Source: Ramazzottius varieornatus
Taxonomy: Eukaryota > Animalia > Tardigrada
Direction: 5' to 3'
DNA: 64,000 nt
Assembly: GCA_001949185.1 (NCBI GenBank)
Contig: BDGG01000001.1
Span: forward strand, 1,045,153-1,109,152
Made by a program: the position numbers and the translations under genes. This document shows, piece by piece, positions 36,706-49,939 of this stretch. Under the pieces are notes generated by a model. It did not search any database, had not been told where the DNA came from, and worked only from the letters and a program-made list of their open reading frames with translations. Positions within the stretch are counted from its first letter, which is position 1. Every line of letters begins with the position of its first letter.

Positions 36706-38376
36706 CAGAGAGGACCCATTGTGAACTAAGCATTTTTGGGGGCGGGCGCACTCTTCCTGTGTTTCGAACTTGTACCGCTACAGTGGCAGCTGGCATCGAT
36801 CAGCGGGGACTTCCGTCTCTGCAGTTTTCGGGTTATCTTGTGTAACGCTATACAGACTGAGACACTGGTTCTACAGTACGGCGGACCCACCTTCGGGATT
36901 TTCTGCGGCTCCCAGAATTGGTCATTCGCCTGGCCGGTACGTTGGAGAGTTGAGGGTCTCAGCTATCACAAAAAACCATTGATATCCCAAATCCCAATGG
37001 GCGAGTGACATGGTCTGAATGGTCCCTCGTTACCAAAGGACTGTTTTGAGCTGGCTCTAGCCCCTTGTGCCGAGCTCTCTAAGCGTCGCCGGCTTGTTCG
37101 ATCTTTGTGCCATATTCCATATTTTTGGAGGCTTGACAACCCTTTCTCGCAACAGTGTTGTATTTGATTTTAGATCCGATTATAGTTAGAACTTGGTCCG
37201 AAAAAATGATTTAGTCCCGTCTTTTACGGTTTCAGTTCAGGCTACATCGTTTTAGTCCTGAACATTTTGGTTTTCGTCTTTAGAAAATCATTTGAGTCTT
37301 TCCAGTTCCAGTTTCGAGAACAAATTTTGGTCCCAATTAATTCAGCTTTCGTCTTATATTAACCATTTAAGTCCTGTAAAGTGTAAACTTCAGTTCTAGT
37401 CTCGAGATGTAAGCTTACTACTTGACCAAATTTTTTTCGCACTGGGAAAACCACTGGGGTTTTCAGGAGGGACATTGAGTGCTTTCTTATATTTCTTCTC
37501 TCATGAAGCCATTTGCATGTTTTGATCAAACCAACCATTTTTCGAAACTGCTGTGTTTTTCTAGGTTTCAATCTTGGCTCACCGTTCCCAATTGTATGCT
37601 GCAGTAGTCGATCGGTACTCTTTGCCAGCTCCAGGATTTACTGCACTGGTTTGAATCTTAACGCGTTCGTTTTAGTGTCCTGGCCTTTGGATTTTCGTCT
37701 CGCATTTCAGCTTCGTCTCAGCTTGCACATTTCAGTCTTTACCTTTTGGCCTTTCATTTCACTAATTTTGTTCTAGTCCTCCAGTAACCTCTTTTCTTTT
37801 CCCCCAACATTCTTATTGGAGATGGTTATAGTCACCGCCTTCACCCCCCCCCCCCACCCCACCTTAAAAATCTGTCGATACCACCTTCAATAAATATCCA
37901 TTAAACTGGTTAAGGATCGTCTACTGGAATACTTGCATAAACTACATAAATTACAATCAGTACCTCGAGAAAAAAATGCGAAAGTTTTGCAGATTGTTGA
38001 CTTACGTAGTGAGGTTGACGTCCTTAGAACCAATTCTTTGTCCTGTTATGAACCGCGCTGTTTTAAAGCTTGAATTCAATTCTTTCCGCTGCGTTGTTTT
38101 ATGTGACTTGTCCTTTGATCAATTAGAAACCGAAAATAGAAACCGGTGTCAATACGTTCGGGATGGTGCGGAATTAATTAGCTGATCTTCGAGTAAAAAG
38201 GCGGTAGCAGTAGCGTTTTGGGCGGTTCGAGGAGGTGGCAACAGTCACAATCTTTATAATATGGGTGTTGTCGCTTCGTTCGTCTACTCCAATCACCGTC
38301 GAGACCATGTTTCTATTTTGTTCTGGTTGCACAGTTCAACATAACATGCCAGACTAGAGCTTAACTGACACTGGTA

Positions 38377-41300
38377 CTATTGTTGTAGAGAGTTAGTGTG
38401 GAATTCTGACATATTGACGGAAGCAGCGTCGTCAAATACTGTCCTAGCTCGAGCCAGAATCTTTTGCAAGAGACTCTTCTTGTTGCGCTTTTCCAGATAA
38501 TCGTCAGAGTTGGTGAAATTAGTCACCGACATGAGCTGCCACCGAGACGACGGTACATTTTCCGCAAACGGGTCGTAGTTGTCGTCAGCCAGCAGATCCA
38601 TTTCGTCTTGTGCTCGTTTACAGTCCTGTAGATGCTTCACTCGGTCCTCCCACCCAGGAGTTTTCAGCCTCTCCTCTTTTGCAAGAAGGTCGGCTAGATA
38701 ATCCTGCATGACAGATTTCGATGAATGGACCTGAAAACCGTTCTTTTCAAGTCGTTTTAAGACTTCTCTGGCCTGTAGCATCTTTTGTTTCGTTTCGTCT
38801 TTCAAGTTTTCGATGCGCTTTCCGACCTGCTGGAAGGCTTTCTCAAAGTTTTTCGCTCGCTCCAGTTTATTTAGCTTATCCAGAACTTCGAACGGATACT
38901 CCAGTACATTAGCCTCAAATTCTTGCTCGAGCGTGTACACAACTTCCTCCAGTGACCTCTTTTCTTGCGACGGTACCATATCGTAGCTTTTCCGCCCAAC
39001 GGAGTGTGCAGCTGGCACGCAGTGGTTGGGACAGATACTGCACTTCCCGCTGACAAAAACCTCGCAAGTGCTCGGTATGCCGAACCAACCCCAGGTATAA
39101 ACTTGACATCGGGCATGACACGTTTTCTCGCATCGACTACAGTATAGGTTTCCCGAAGGGCTAGGATCAACTAATGTTTTAACCTTCTTGGTGATCAATA
39201 TCTCGGTGCAGATACCGTTTTCCAGATCCGCTGTAGCACCTTGAAGTTGCGCTTTCAGTTGTTGCTGATTTTCTATTTCCCAAAAGCAGTCTCTTATATC
39301 CTCTTTGATACTTTCCAGCATAAGCTTCAAATGCAAACGGTCCTTTAACACCAGACGGGTGTCATGAAGGGTTGCAGGTGGAAAGGACTTGACCGTTTCA
39401 AAAAATCTCTTGACTGCGTCGTGTCCAAACTTGAAATTAGATGCGGAGAAGTCAAGTAAACCGTTGCGTTCGGTAAACCATGCAGAATTGTTGAAGGGCA
39501 GCTTATTCTTGCACGGCCAGTTTCTCAGTTTACACACATCGTCTATCGTACGAAACACCGCTGGTTTGTCGGTATCGGCAAAGGTTGCCAGCCACACAAT
39601 ATTGGGGGTGAGACTCTGACCAAACAAAGCCAGCACGCGCTCCAGAACGTACTGCAGATGCAAGTCCACGTTAGTTGTTGAACCCTTGACTACTATTCCA
39701 ATGGCGTTGATGGCTTTGATGTTCGCCATTGGTGGACATAATAAGAAATCAGTCAGAAGTTGTTCTACTTTCTGGTCCACTGCCAAACCGCCTGTGTCGC
39801 TGAAGCCAGGTGTATCGATGATGCTGATGGTCCCCGGGCAGACAATGTTATACGGGAAACTGTACACCGTTACGTCTCGTGTCCTTGATGTCGAGCTATC
39901 GGAATCGTGAACCACTCGAAAACGAAAGTCATGCTCGATTCGCACCCCACCAATGTAGTTTGCTGTCGCGTTGATTAGAGTACTTTTACCAACTCCGCTT
40001 TCGCCAATGAGCAATATCGTTAAATCTTCAGCTCGGCTTGCAGGAACAACTGCCGTGGGATGTGGACTAGCGCTGACTTTCCCCAGATATTGATGGAACT
40101 TTATTACTCCATTGTCCACGCTGGAAGTGACATTGTCGTTCTCAATCACGGTGTAGTTTGGCTCCAGTATCCTGGGATCTTCTGTTCGAAATACGTTTCG
40201 CGGCTTTGTTTTGAGAAGTTTTGCGGGGGCCGGTATCCTCACGGTTGGCGTTGGAATCCGTCGAACTTCTGATCCTTCGGTGAAACCGGCGACGCACACG
40301 CCGCGCACAAAGAACTCGTAGAGGCTGTCAGGGACGAGAGACCGCAGCACGACAGAGCACGAAACGGCGTCCTCGATATCCAACGACTTCCAGTTTTCTT
40401 CGCGGTCCGAGCACCGAAAGTAACAGACGTACGAATTTATGTTTGATGCGCCACGGGTGGGTTCCCTCCAGGAAACCTGCAAAGATAAACCGCAGCCACT
40501 GTAGATCAATCACACTGGTGTACTTCGAAACCTCCACTGACACCAAGCTTGCTCGTTCATACAGTCTACGCCAAAATCAACTTCTAGGAAGGGGCGGGGC
40601 CTTAATAATTAACAATAATTATCCGTCAGATTTCCATCAGTCATCAGTCAGATTTTCAGATTTGATTGGGCGAAGTCACTTGGTACTATCCAACGCCCAT
40701 TTCGAAAGTTATCTTTGTTGTGCACTGTACTGGTATTTGCTGACTGCTGTTATATGGATAGTGGTGTATTTCGGATATTCGAGGGGCCGGAAAATTGTTC
40801 GGATCGCATGGTAGGGCATCGGTAGGAGAAAATTTTGTGGGTGTACGACTGGCCACAGATTATATAGCCGTAAGTTACCAGTAAGGAAGGAAATCCTTAG
40901 CCGGCCTAACTTTTGCAGGTCTTCTGATTATCTACAGCAACCATGTACAGCGCAAACTCCAGTTGAACTGGTGGTTTCAACTATCAATATGACCGAAAAA
41001 ATGCGTTTCCATGTTATTGTATTAGAACCAATCTACGGAAGGTCGACGATCTGTCCGACGAATGTAGATGCATGCCCTCCTGAAGCTTCGTTCGGGCTTG
41101 GTAATCCTAGCAGAAGGATCGGGCTATCTTTAGCTGCGTTTGGTGGAATGACTTCATGGGAAGGAGCAACAAAATTTCGGAGTATATCGGCATCAAAGAC
41201 AGTGCCGGAAAGAAAAAGCGGCTCAGGTGTTTACATGTCTGCCATGAAAACCATCAAAGTCAGAGCTCTACCCACGTACTATACGGTCACTTGGATTTTT

Positions 41301-44300
41301 GAGAACATCGGTTACGCGCGTTCTACCGTCTCTCTCTTGCTTTTCGGTGATAAAGCAAGTTCCTGCAAACCTTTTGACAGCAAACATGCGCAGAAACGAC
41401 ACAAGCACAATAGGAAATATCGCCTTTGTGCAGATGGAGATTTTCGCGATATTTCTGCCGGCAGTGGCGTGAATCATTCAATCATCCGTTTCACTGTTGG
41501 TGAAGTACTGACGTGAAGACTACAAATCCCCTTTGCGACGTAGAGAACCGCTCTAAAAAAGCGGCTAGTGACGTACATAAAGTAGCATACGTCATTAGCC
41601 GCGTCGGCCCTGGTTGGCGCACTCGAGAAGGTGTGGACAACTATAATGCACCCAAGATCGTACCCTGCCGAACAGCCGACCCCTCGAGCCTTCCCAACGC
41701 ATAAACGCTTCTGACTGTACGGTTGAAGTACACTGTGCCTATTGCGTACATCGGGTACCTGAGCGATCGGTATTCTGTAGCTACCGGACTGTCGATGTGG
41801 CTACAGTTTTCGGATGGGCAGAATATTTGAGCACCGCGTACGGTCACAGGGGTACGGTCAACGTGCACTGCAGACGTTCCGTAGACGGCTCTTCTTTATT
41901 ACATCGAAACATTTGCAAATTTATGCGCCAGTTGGGCTGCTCCCTTGCTCCTTGGTCAGAGGTGTACTGCGGATCATTTGCCCGTGTTGGCTCAAATGTA
42001 GGCTCCCTCGCCCTTTTTTGTTTTGGGTGACAAAACAACGACACTGTAGATCGCCGACAGTCCTCCGTACGGTACTGTAGGTCTACAGAATGTCCATGGC
42101 TCTCGTACAGTCGAAAGGTACAGCGTCAGCCACCAAGCCAGGCCAGATCTGACGTACTTGTACTGTTTTTGTACAGAGCATTTATGCGTTGGATCGCGCT
42201 CCCCCACTGGCGATAGTCATGGTCGGCCTTATGGTCAGACGATATTTTGAGCAGGTGCCAGTCGGATCATCCGGTATTACGCTGTGCGTCGTGCTTGTCG
42301 CAGCAACAAGATGCTTTTAACCCACGCCAGTCACACATTTCAGTCCGTCATACTGAAGCAACGCCAAATTCCACCAGATGAGCAGGAGTGAGTTCATGTG
42401 TATTTCGGTGGCGCATTACTGCGTCGTCTCTCAGAAAATCTAACCGGCCGATCTACATTTGTTTGTTTCAGCTTACGTTAGGGGTGTAATTACCTGTGCG
42501 GAAGTCACGCAGTAGGGATCCGTTTTATGCTTCACTTCCACTGGAGGACTGGGCATCTCAAAATTAACCAGCTGATCTTGGCCAAGTATTTGAGTCTGCA
42601 CCAAATTGTTGTCAACGGTATCCGTATGGAGATCCACATAGAAGCAATACGATGCGCGACTGTGATCATGGTTCTGTGCTGCAAACCTACAGAAACGGTC
42701 CACATCTGAAAATAAGTTGTCAACTACTCCAGACTGTTCATGCCAGTTGTTGCCTGATTGGTACTGCATGCATTCACTTTGATCGAGAAACTGATCCTTC
42801 ATCTTCCTTGCATAGAGTGAACAACAGCAAACAACCAGAGTGTTGTTTTGCTTTTTTTTCAGCGTCTCTAAGTCTCTTGTCACAGATAAACCCGAGGTCC
42901 TGATTATATCACGCAGGTCGGTCAGGTATTTTTCTTCTAACTTTTTTGCAGCAAACCAGTCCGTGAAATGGTAAGCGTTACTCAGCAGTGTCGCATAGGC
43001 TTTAGCAAGATGTTCCTTCGGCACGTCAAGGGACCTCAGTGTGCTGCTGCTCTGCGCTTCGCGTACCACCTGCATTACTTGTTCCACAAGGACCATGGCC
43101 CGCTGAACATCCAAAGCAAACGAGGGTAGTAGGTCGCCGGCCTCGCTGCCGGCAAGCGCTAACAAGCCCTCGCCCACTGATTTCATGTCTGCAGCAGCAC
43201 CCAAGAAATCTCGAACTAGTGTTTGTTCCAGGTCTGCAATACATAGAAGACCTATTATTCCCACAAGACAGTAATGGAAACACGTTGAAAATCGATGGGC
43301 AGGTGGTAGCTGTGCACGCGCTTGGCATGTGACTCGGACGAACAAAAGTCTCGACCCACCAGTTTCGGACCAGTGAGCTTTGGCCAGCGGCTCCGCGAGG
43401 TGAATTATACCCGCTTTTTGAGCCAGCTGAGAGGCCGAATGTTTTGATTTCATCTGGGCGACCTTACAGAGTCAGAAGCTATGTGAATTAACTTCAGTGA
43501 AGTCAACTGAGTTACTGATCGTCAAAACAAACGGGTGGCTCATAATTGTGTCCCGTGCCCGCTGTTAGGCCAGATGTATAGTATATGAATGGCAGATACG
43601 GAGGCGCCGGTTCAAAATCGCTGGCCTGGCCGGGACCTTGTTTCGACGTTATCGGCTTGATTGGGTCTGACCAGTACACGCAGGACGAGAAATTATGGTA
43701 CAGGCATTTTCGCTACGGCGGTACGGAAGCACGTACGTACACGACCGATTCACACTAATGTACTTTTCAACACTTTTCTACGGTTGATGCGCGACGGAAA
43801 CATGCAAACCGAAGGACCAACGCTTGTTCCGTGGTACCAAGGAAAAGCTCTCGCATGGGACGTGACTGTGGTGGACACGCTGGCACAGACCTATCTCCAG
43901 GGCTCCACCAATCAGGTAGGTTATGCTGCAAACCAAGCTGAGGAGAAGAAGAGGAGGAAGTACGAGGAGCTGGAGGGTCGATACCTGTTTTGCCCCGTCG
44001 GATTTGAAACGTGTGGTGTCTTCGGCAACGAAGCACGAGAGCTCGTGGAGAAGATCGGGAAGAAAGTTGCTGCGCGCACAGGCGAGCCAAGATCTCTTTC
44101 GTTTTTGAAGCAGAAAATTAGCATAGAAATTCAGAGAAGCAATGCTGCTTGCGTTTTTGGCACTTTTGTACATAGCCGAGGTTTGGAAGAAGTTTATAGC
44201 ATTTTAGATTTGAAGAAGAATGGTACTTCATCAGTTTAATTTTTTTGATTGTTTTATTTGTATGTATAGTCTTACGCTGTGTGACACAGTGATTGGCTTG

Positions 44301-45314
44301 CTAAACTAGTTGATAGACTTTTCTACAGGAATATTTGGAGCTGAATATCAAGCAATCAGTACTTTTCTACGGTCAAATTTCCATTTCGCCGTCCTTTCTG
44401 TTTGTCCCATAATTTTTACTGTACCATAATCTCTCGTCTTGCGTGTAGGCCTCACCAAGAGTCAGCATGCTACCAACAGACAGCTGCGACGAAGCCAACT
44501 AGCTGTGTGCTCAAACCAGATGGCATGTTCAGTCTTAGTTTTGCCTGTTTATCACACCCAGGCCGATAGCGAAGAGACAAGCTGCGGCAGGATTTTCAGA
44601 CTCCTGGACTGGATTAGTGGCACGTCAGTCTTTTACAATGCCTGTTTGCTTCCCCGCTGGTCGCATGAATTAAGACTAATGTTGGCAAGTTTCACGTGAC
44701 CACCAGCGAAAGACGCACTGTATAGATTTCCTACAATCACTCTTGGCGACATTGGTGTTTGGTCCATGCTTACCCGGATCCAATACCGATTCGCCCAATC
44801 CTTGATGCTCGGTTTCTGAGGAGGTGGACGGTTGTGTCGTAATCAAGGTGATCTTGCGCAAAAAGTCAGCCAAAACCGCTTTGTCTTCAACGTCCACCCC
44901 GGAAAGTGGGTCTGTGTCCAGGTCTTTCAGCTGGAGCTGTTCCAAATCCGCAATGGCGGATATTCCGCTTTCCGCCAAAATGTGTGTAGTCCTCGGGGAC
45001 AGTTTGAGGTATCTGCACAGGTCATCGACGGAACATCTTCTCGCTAGCGATGGCGGATTGTTCGTCTGCTCTCCCTCGGTAGGCCCGCTGCTTGGCGAGA
45101 AATCCGTACTGTAAAGCATTTCCCAATTGTCATCTTCGGCGGCTCCTACCAGCGCTGCCTTTGTAAGCTGGGGGATTGCCGATGTATTGGCACCCAGCTC
45201 TTGCGTAATAGCTTCAGCGTCATCGTTTTGGGGTACCGGAACACGGTTCGCCGGATCGTCCGTTGCCGCGTTGCCCAGCTCCGGGTCGTCCCTCGGATCG
45301 CTTCTGCTTGTCAT
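38377..45314 (-). CDS. ~1126-aa protein: SAM-like + stonustoxin/verrucotoxin-like helical and thioredoxin-like regions + FN3 + septin/AIG1-type GTPase + Cys-rich + coiled coil; minimal exons 45314-44774, 43233-42494, 40476-38377
   Basis: Phases match (1, then 0). Motifs: SVDDLCRYLKLSPRTTHILAESGISAIADLEQL (SAM-like); FTDWFAAKKLEEKYL, VVCCCSL, DQFL, WHEQ...FCRFAAQN (SNTX-like); PSPP...AQ|VSWREP...SLVPDSLYEFFVRG (FN3); GESGVGKST, IIDTPGFSDT, TFAD (GTPase); CSRCEKTCH...CSICPNHC. Extra small exons between 44773 and 43234 cannot be excluded. Confidence 0.75.
41694..42192. mobile_element. Degenerate foldback/MITE in an intron
   Basis: ccaacgcataaacgcttctg ... cagagcatttatgcgttgg, plus patchy internal complementarity (ggactgtcg/cgacagtcc). 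Confidence 0.45.
43677..44445. mobile_element. MITE family A copy interrupted by a retrotransposon insertion
   Basis: Both TA-flanked TIRs are present. The interior matches the reverse complement of 12163-12359 on either side of 43785-44360. Confidence 0.85.
43785..44360 (+). mobile_element. 5'-truncated non-LTR retrotransposon (CRE-like, restriction-like endonuclease C-terminus), 13-bp TSD
   Basis: EGPTLVPWYQGKALAWDVTVVDTLAQTYL...AANQAEEKKRRKYEEL...FCPVGFETCGVFG...FLKQKISIEIQRSNAACVFGT. TSD acttttctacggt at 43772-43784 and 44361-44373. Confidence 0.85.
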
Positions 45315-46017
45315 TGTGAGGCGATGGGTAATCACTACAAAACAAACTATGAGTAAGATGCGGTGAGCGGATGCCCGGCCCGATAAGGTAAGCACTGTAT
45401 TTACTACAAAAATGTCGAAAATTCTTCCCTGCAAGTGATCTTGGTACATGCTATGACAGTATTGGTTGACGTATCAAGTCAAGCGATCACACCGAGAGGG
45501 AAGCATTTTTAAACATAATATATCAACTGATTTCGTTCAGACTACAGTAATCAATCAATGTACAGTTCGTCAGTTTTTGACTTTCGGAGTGTCCGTATAA
45601 ATGGTTCTTCGGCGTACAGCACAGTGCCTAGATAAAATCGTTCGTGTCCAATGTACTGTTACCGCTACTGTAGAGAAAAAGGCAACAGTGAACGATTGGC
45701 CCTTTGAAAATCAGCCAGCAGCTCATGATATTGGCCGTTATTGTAGCGTTCGATGTTACCTCTGCTGGCTATCGAGCGATAAAACAGCCGGATGTTTAAC
45801 CGGCGCAGTCAAACTGGTATCTATAAAGTGTTCAGCGTTTTAGTTGTTCTGAAAGCTAGCTAGTCGTCTGTGATAAACAATCCGTCAGCAAACAGCAGAC
45901 CGTGTATCTCGAAACTTTGTCTAAACTGGTACCTTAATCAAAAGCCACTCCGGCCGTAAGCCTTTGCCCACCAAACAAACTGCTCCAGCGAAATTTGTTA
46001 TCGCACGAAATCAAAAA

Positions 46018-46143
46018 GGGAACGTCCATTTATCACGTAAGAAAGATCAAAGATACTTACCCTAACCACCGCTCAAAGGAATTAATGAATGCCGCTTTGA
46101 ACCATTCATTTTATCGTGTTTTACGTAATAAATGGACGATCCC
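46018..46143. mobile_element. 126-bp MITE with Zator/Harbinger-like GGG termini
   Basis: aaa|gggaacgtccatttatcacgtaa ... ttacgtaataaatggacgatccc|aaa. Confidence 0.7.
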
Positions 46144-49100
46144 AAAGCGTGTAGATTTTCCTCTGATAGTCAACTAAGTCTCGTAAACCGAACTATAACA
46201 CGCCATCCCACCAAATTTACTTGTCCACACTGCACGTGTATAGTCATCATAAGTGTGATGTCCACCTACCAGTTATGCCTAACGTTAATGCCTGCAGAAT
46301 TGCAATGTTGGGCATAAGTGCCACACCCCAGCATTGCACTTATGCTTTCCGCTTGTTACTGTGCGTAGGTGCAATGCTCTATCGGTAACCCGAGTTCCGT
46401 TTCTCCGATCATGAGACAGGTTTCTCGTGCGTTTGATATCAATAAGTCAACCGGCATCATCCTTGCCACCAAGCCTTGCCCTTTATTGCATTGTTACCAA
46501 TTCTCATGCTTACCGCCGTTGCTCTGCCAAGTGAAGGATGTCGGGTTTCCTACTGTACGAGAAGCGAGTCTTACCTTATTCATCGCACCAACAACATATC
46601 ACGCTTTACCGCTCAGACGAACATACGTTGAAAACTTTGAGCTACGCGCAAAAAGTGGAGTTTTCCGAACAATATATTTCATATAGTCCCGCCTTGAGCT
46701 TACGCTGAATCTTGAAATACTGTCGACGGGACGGAATACTGCAATGTCGACTGAGGCTGCTGCTAGATTGGCCTCTATTTTAAGAAAGTTTTGGACGTGT
46801 GCTTTTAGGGCCTACTATCGACAAAACGGGCGCCACGAGCTAGCGCGTCGCGCTGGTTTGAAGAATCACATAGCGGCGCGATTTGTCTAGTTCGTTTGGG
46901 TTTGCGGTGCGTGTCAGCCAACTTGTGCTCCCCTACTACTCAACTCGTTTTCAAAAATCGGCATTTAAACTCATCGTACCATCAGGGGGAGGGGGGGGGG
47001 GTCCTGCTTTCACCGAACGCTCGGTGAAATATGGACGAGGTCAGGAGGCTCGTCCAGAGTTCACCGACCATCTTTGCAAGCTTAGTCCTTGGTGCTGAGC
47101 CCAGTTCTCGATTCCTGAGTTCTATATTTTCCGTTTTTCCGGCCATCTAGGGTATTGTCTGAAGCGATTAAGTATTTCGCACGACGAAATTAAATGTTCT
47201 GGCAATGCGTTTTGAAAAACTTGAAATACGACACGGTGGTTCAGGACTGGGACTAGCACGCAGCAGCGAAAATTTTAAGCGACGCAAAAGCTGGAAAGTG
47301 AGCATTCGCGGTCCTGCCAAGCAACCAGAAACCATGGTTCTCACTTTCCCGTTTTTTGCTGCGAAGCGTAGTTCCGTGAAACCCGCGGCTGACATTATGC
47401 CAATAGAGCAGATTCCAGTTCAGCCTTTCGATAACTTCGAGTTGTTGCGCACACAAAATGTGGGAAGAAGCTGTTCTAAGTATCGTGGTACTTCGTCTGC
47501 CGACCAAGCGGAACTTTCTCGCAGGGTGCTCAAACTTCCTGCTGTTGATTGGAGACCATGATGGGGCGGTTCGGGCTAAAACTTCGGGCGAACTGTCACC
47601 GACGGTGAAACCTAACTTTGACCCACCCTATTCTTACTTGTTTTCAGAAATTGGCTTTATTTTCTATCTAAATAAACCAATTTTGAAGCATTCGAGTGTA
47701 AGAACATGTTGGAAACTAAACTTGAAACGTTTGCGTAGGGGCACCTTCTCACACATTGCTTGTAGCTGTGTTCCAGGATTTTACCTACTCAACCCGTTTG
47801 GTCAACGATACTTTGGTGCACACAATCCGAAACAAAAAAATTTTTTTACATTTCGGCCACACACGTCTGGGAGAAAATCAAACCAAAGTGAGATATGTGA
47901 TTATTAAGACGAAAAGCAAGCGTCTCTCCCGATCAACTCGCGCTCATGTTTTCACGTCCAACAGGAAAACGGTCGCTGGACTTTTTAACCTGTTTTCAAA
48001 CCACGCTCGTTCTCGAGACACTCTTGTGCTCAAACAGTGCCGGAGAGCTTGAAAACTCTGCGGAATGTTGTGGGGAGATAGGAACATCTGCGCAGGACAA
48101 GCGAATTATTAACTGAGGGAGCTCAGGCTGGCTGCCACGCACTGTGGTTCGTCTCAGAATATGGCCATCGCCCACCTGTAAGTGGCCAGACCATTGTCGG
48201 GCATTGTACCCGACAAAAAAATAACGTTTATCTCGCCGTTCCGATCCACTAATCAATATCGGCAAAAGATGGAAAAACGTTCTCACCGAGTGAGAAGAAC
48301 TCCACCCAAGTCGATGGGCGGCAGATAGAGTCATAAGTAAACATGCTCTCGAAATCTACTGTCTTTGAATACAGTCTGGTCGTTCGAAATCCATCTTGTA
48401 CCAACTTCTTCGATTTCGTTTTGAAGTCCGCTATACATTCACCATAACAGCATGCCAAGCTAAGGCCAAAACTACATAACACATACATTAAACCGTAGTT
48501 TAACCGGTGTAGTCAAGTAATCAACTCGCATATGGATCACTTTGCATGATCTCTTTACAGTATTCTGAAATCGGAAAATCAGGTACGAGTACCAGATTTC
48601 GAGCGACCGGACTATATACTCCACTACAGGCCAGAAAATTTGGGTGTTGTTGTGATACATGAGTATCAGACAGATTGATACGGACAGATGTTTGTACGAC
48701 GTTTTGGCTACAGTCCTACCTGTGAGATGTGACAATTGCTTCTTCTGCAACCGAACAGCGTTTCTGCAGGAGACTGCTGGCCATGCACTGCGCAGCAAGA
48801 TCAGCTGATCGACGTCCGGTTGTCTTTTGACTTGCTCAAGTAATCAAGCGCGTGTCTGATCAGCTGATCGGTCTCATGCGAATAGCATGGTGAGCAAATC
48901 CGTGCACACATGAACCGCCCGGAACAGATTTCGGGCGTTTGAACTGTCACATCTCACAGGTAGGACTGTACTTGTGTTTTGCAGTGAACCTGTCGCGCGA
49001 GGGGAGAGCAGCGGTCAAAATGCCCATATTTTCTTGTTCGAATCACCAAATTTTGCCGGAAGTTTGTCTGAACCAGCAACTCACCTGTCACGTGACACGG

Positions 49101-49445
49101 AAGTATGAAATGTGTTGACGTGGTGATGTTTGAATTGGAAAAATCGGACGACGGGTTCAAAAGATACAAGCAGGCAAATAAAGATCATAGGTGTACGATG
49201 ATCCATGAGCGAGATTGTACGAGTTTAATGCTAGTAGAGGGCGATGTCGTGTTTGTACAATACACAATGAAGTTTGCCAGCTGTAAATTACCGAGCCCTT
49301 ACCAAAACAAATTTGTTCGGTTGGTTGCCAGCCCAGTAACGAGCAGCCTTTTGATCTAACTAAACATTTTGTTTCAGGGAATGTCGCATCTGCAAACGAC
49401 TGAAGATCAATCAGAAAGACTACGATGGTCTTGATAGTATCTCTA

Positions 49446-49939
49446 AGCTATGTTTCATCTACCGATGGGTGGCACGGTTAGCATCTTGGCCAATTCATCC
49501 AAAATTGTTTTTCGGATGGTTCCATCGCCATAGTTCTTAAATCGCGAGGCGGGTCAACTTCGCCGTTTTAGAAAGTTGAGATCAGCTCTTGATTATCCCG
49601 CTACGGGGGAAGATCAACTGATGGGATCTCTGATCCTCAGCATGTAGGATCCTCCACACAGTCGTACGCGTGAATCANNNNNNNNNNNNNNNNNNNNNNN
49701 NNNNNNNNNNNNNNNNNNNNNNNNNNNACTGTGTGTAGGATCGTACATACTGAGGATCAGAGATCCTATCAGTTGATCTTCCCCGTAGCGGGATGATCAA
49801 GAGCTGATTTCAAGTTTCTGAAACGGCCAAGTTGACCCGCCTCGCGATCTAACTATGGCCGTTAAACAATCCATAAAAAATGTTGGATGAATTGGCCAGG
49901 AGGCTAAAAGTACCACCCATCGGTAGATGAAATAGAGCT
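49446..49939. mobile_element. Foldback element family C with >200-bp inverted arms, containing gap 49678-49727
   Basis: ta|agctatgtttcatctaccgatgggtgg...gatctctgatcctcag...cacacagt mirrors actgtgtg...ctgaggatcagagatc...ccacccatcggtagatgaaatagagct|ta. Confidence 0.9.

Noticed and set aside
37154-37780. ttagtc/ttcgtc-rich stretch resembling hAT subterminal repeats
   Set aside because: No matching second terminus or TSD was found.
40971-41516. 181-aa + strand ORF nested in the GTPase-gene intron
   Set aside because: No recognisable domain and a non-ATG start in the track; likely chance.
43567-43632. tRNA/SINE-like stretch with GGTTCAAAATC (a similar B-box-like motif lies on - near 35527-35540)
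   Set aside because: No convincing cloverleaf or A-box, so it cannot be supported as a tRNA.
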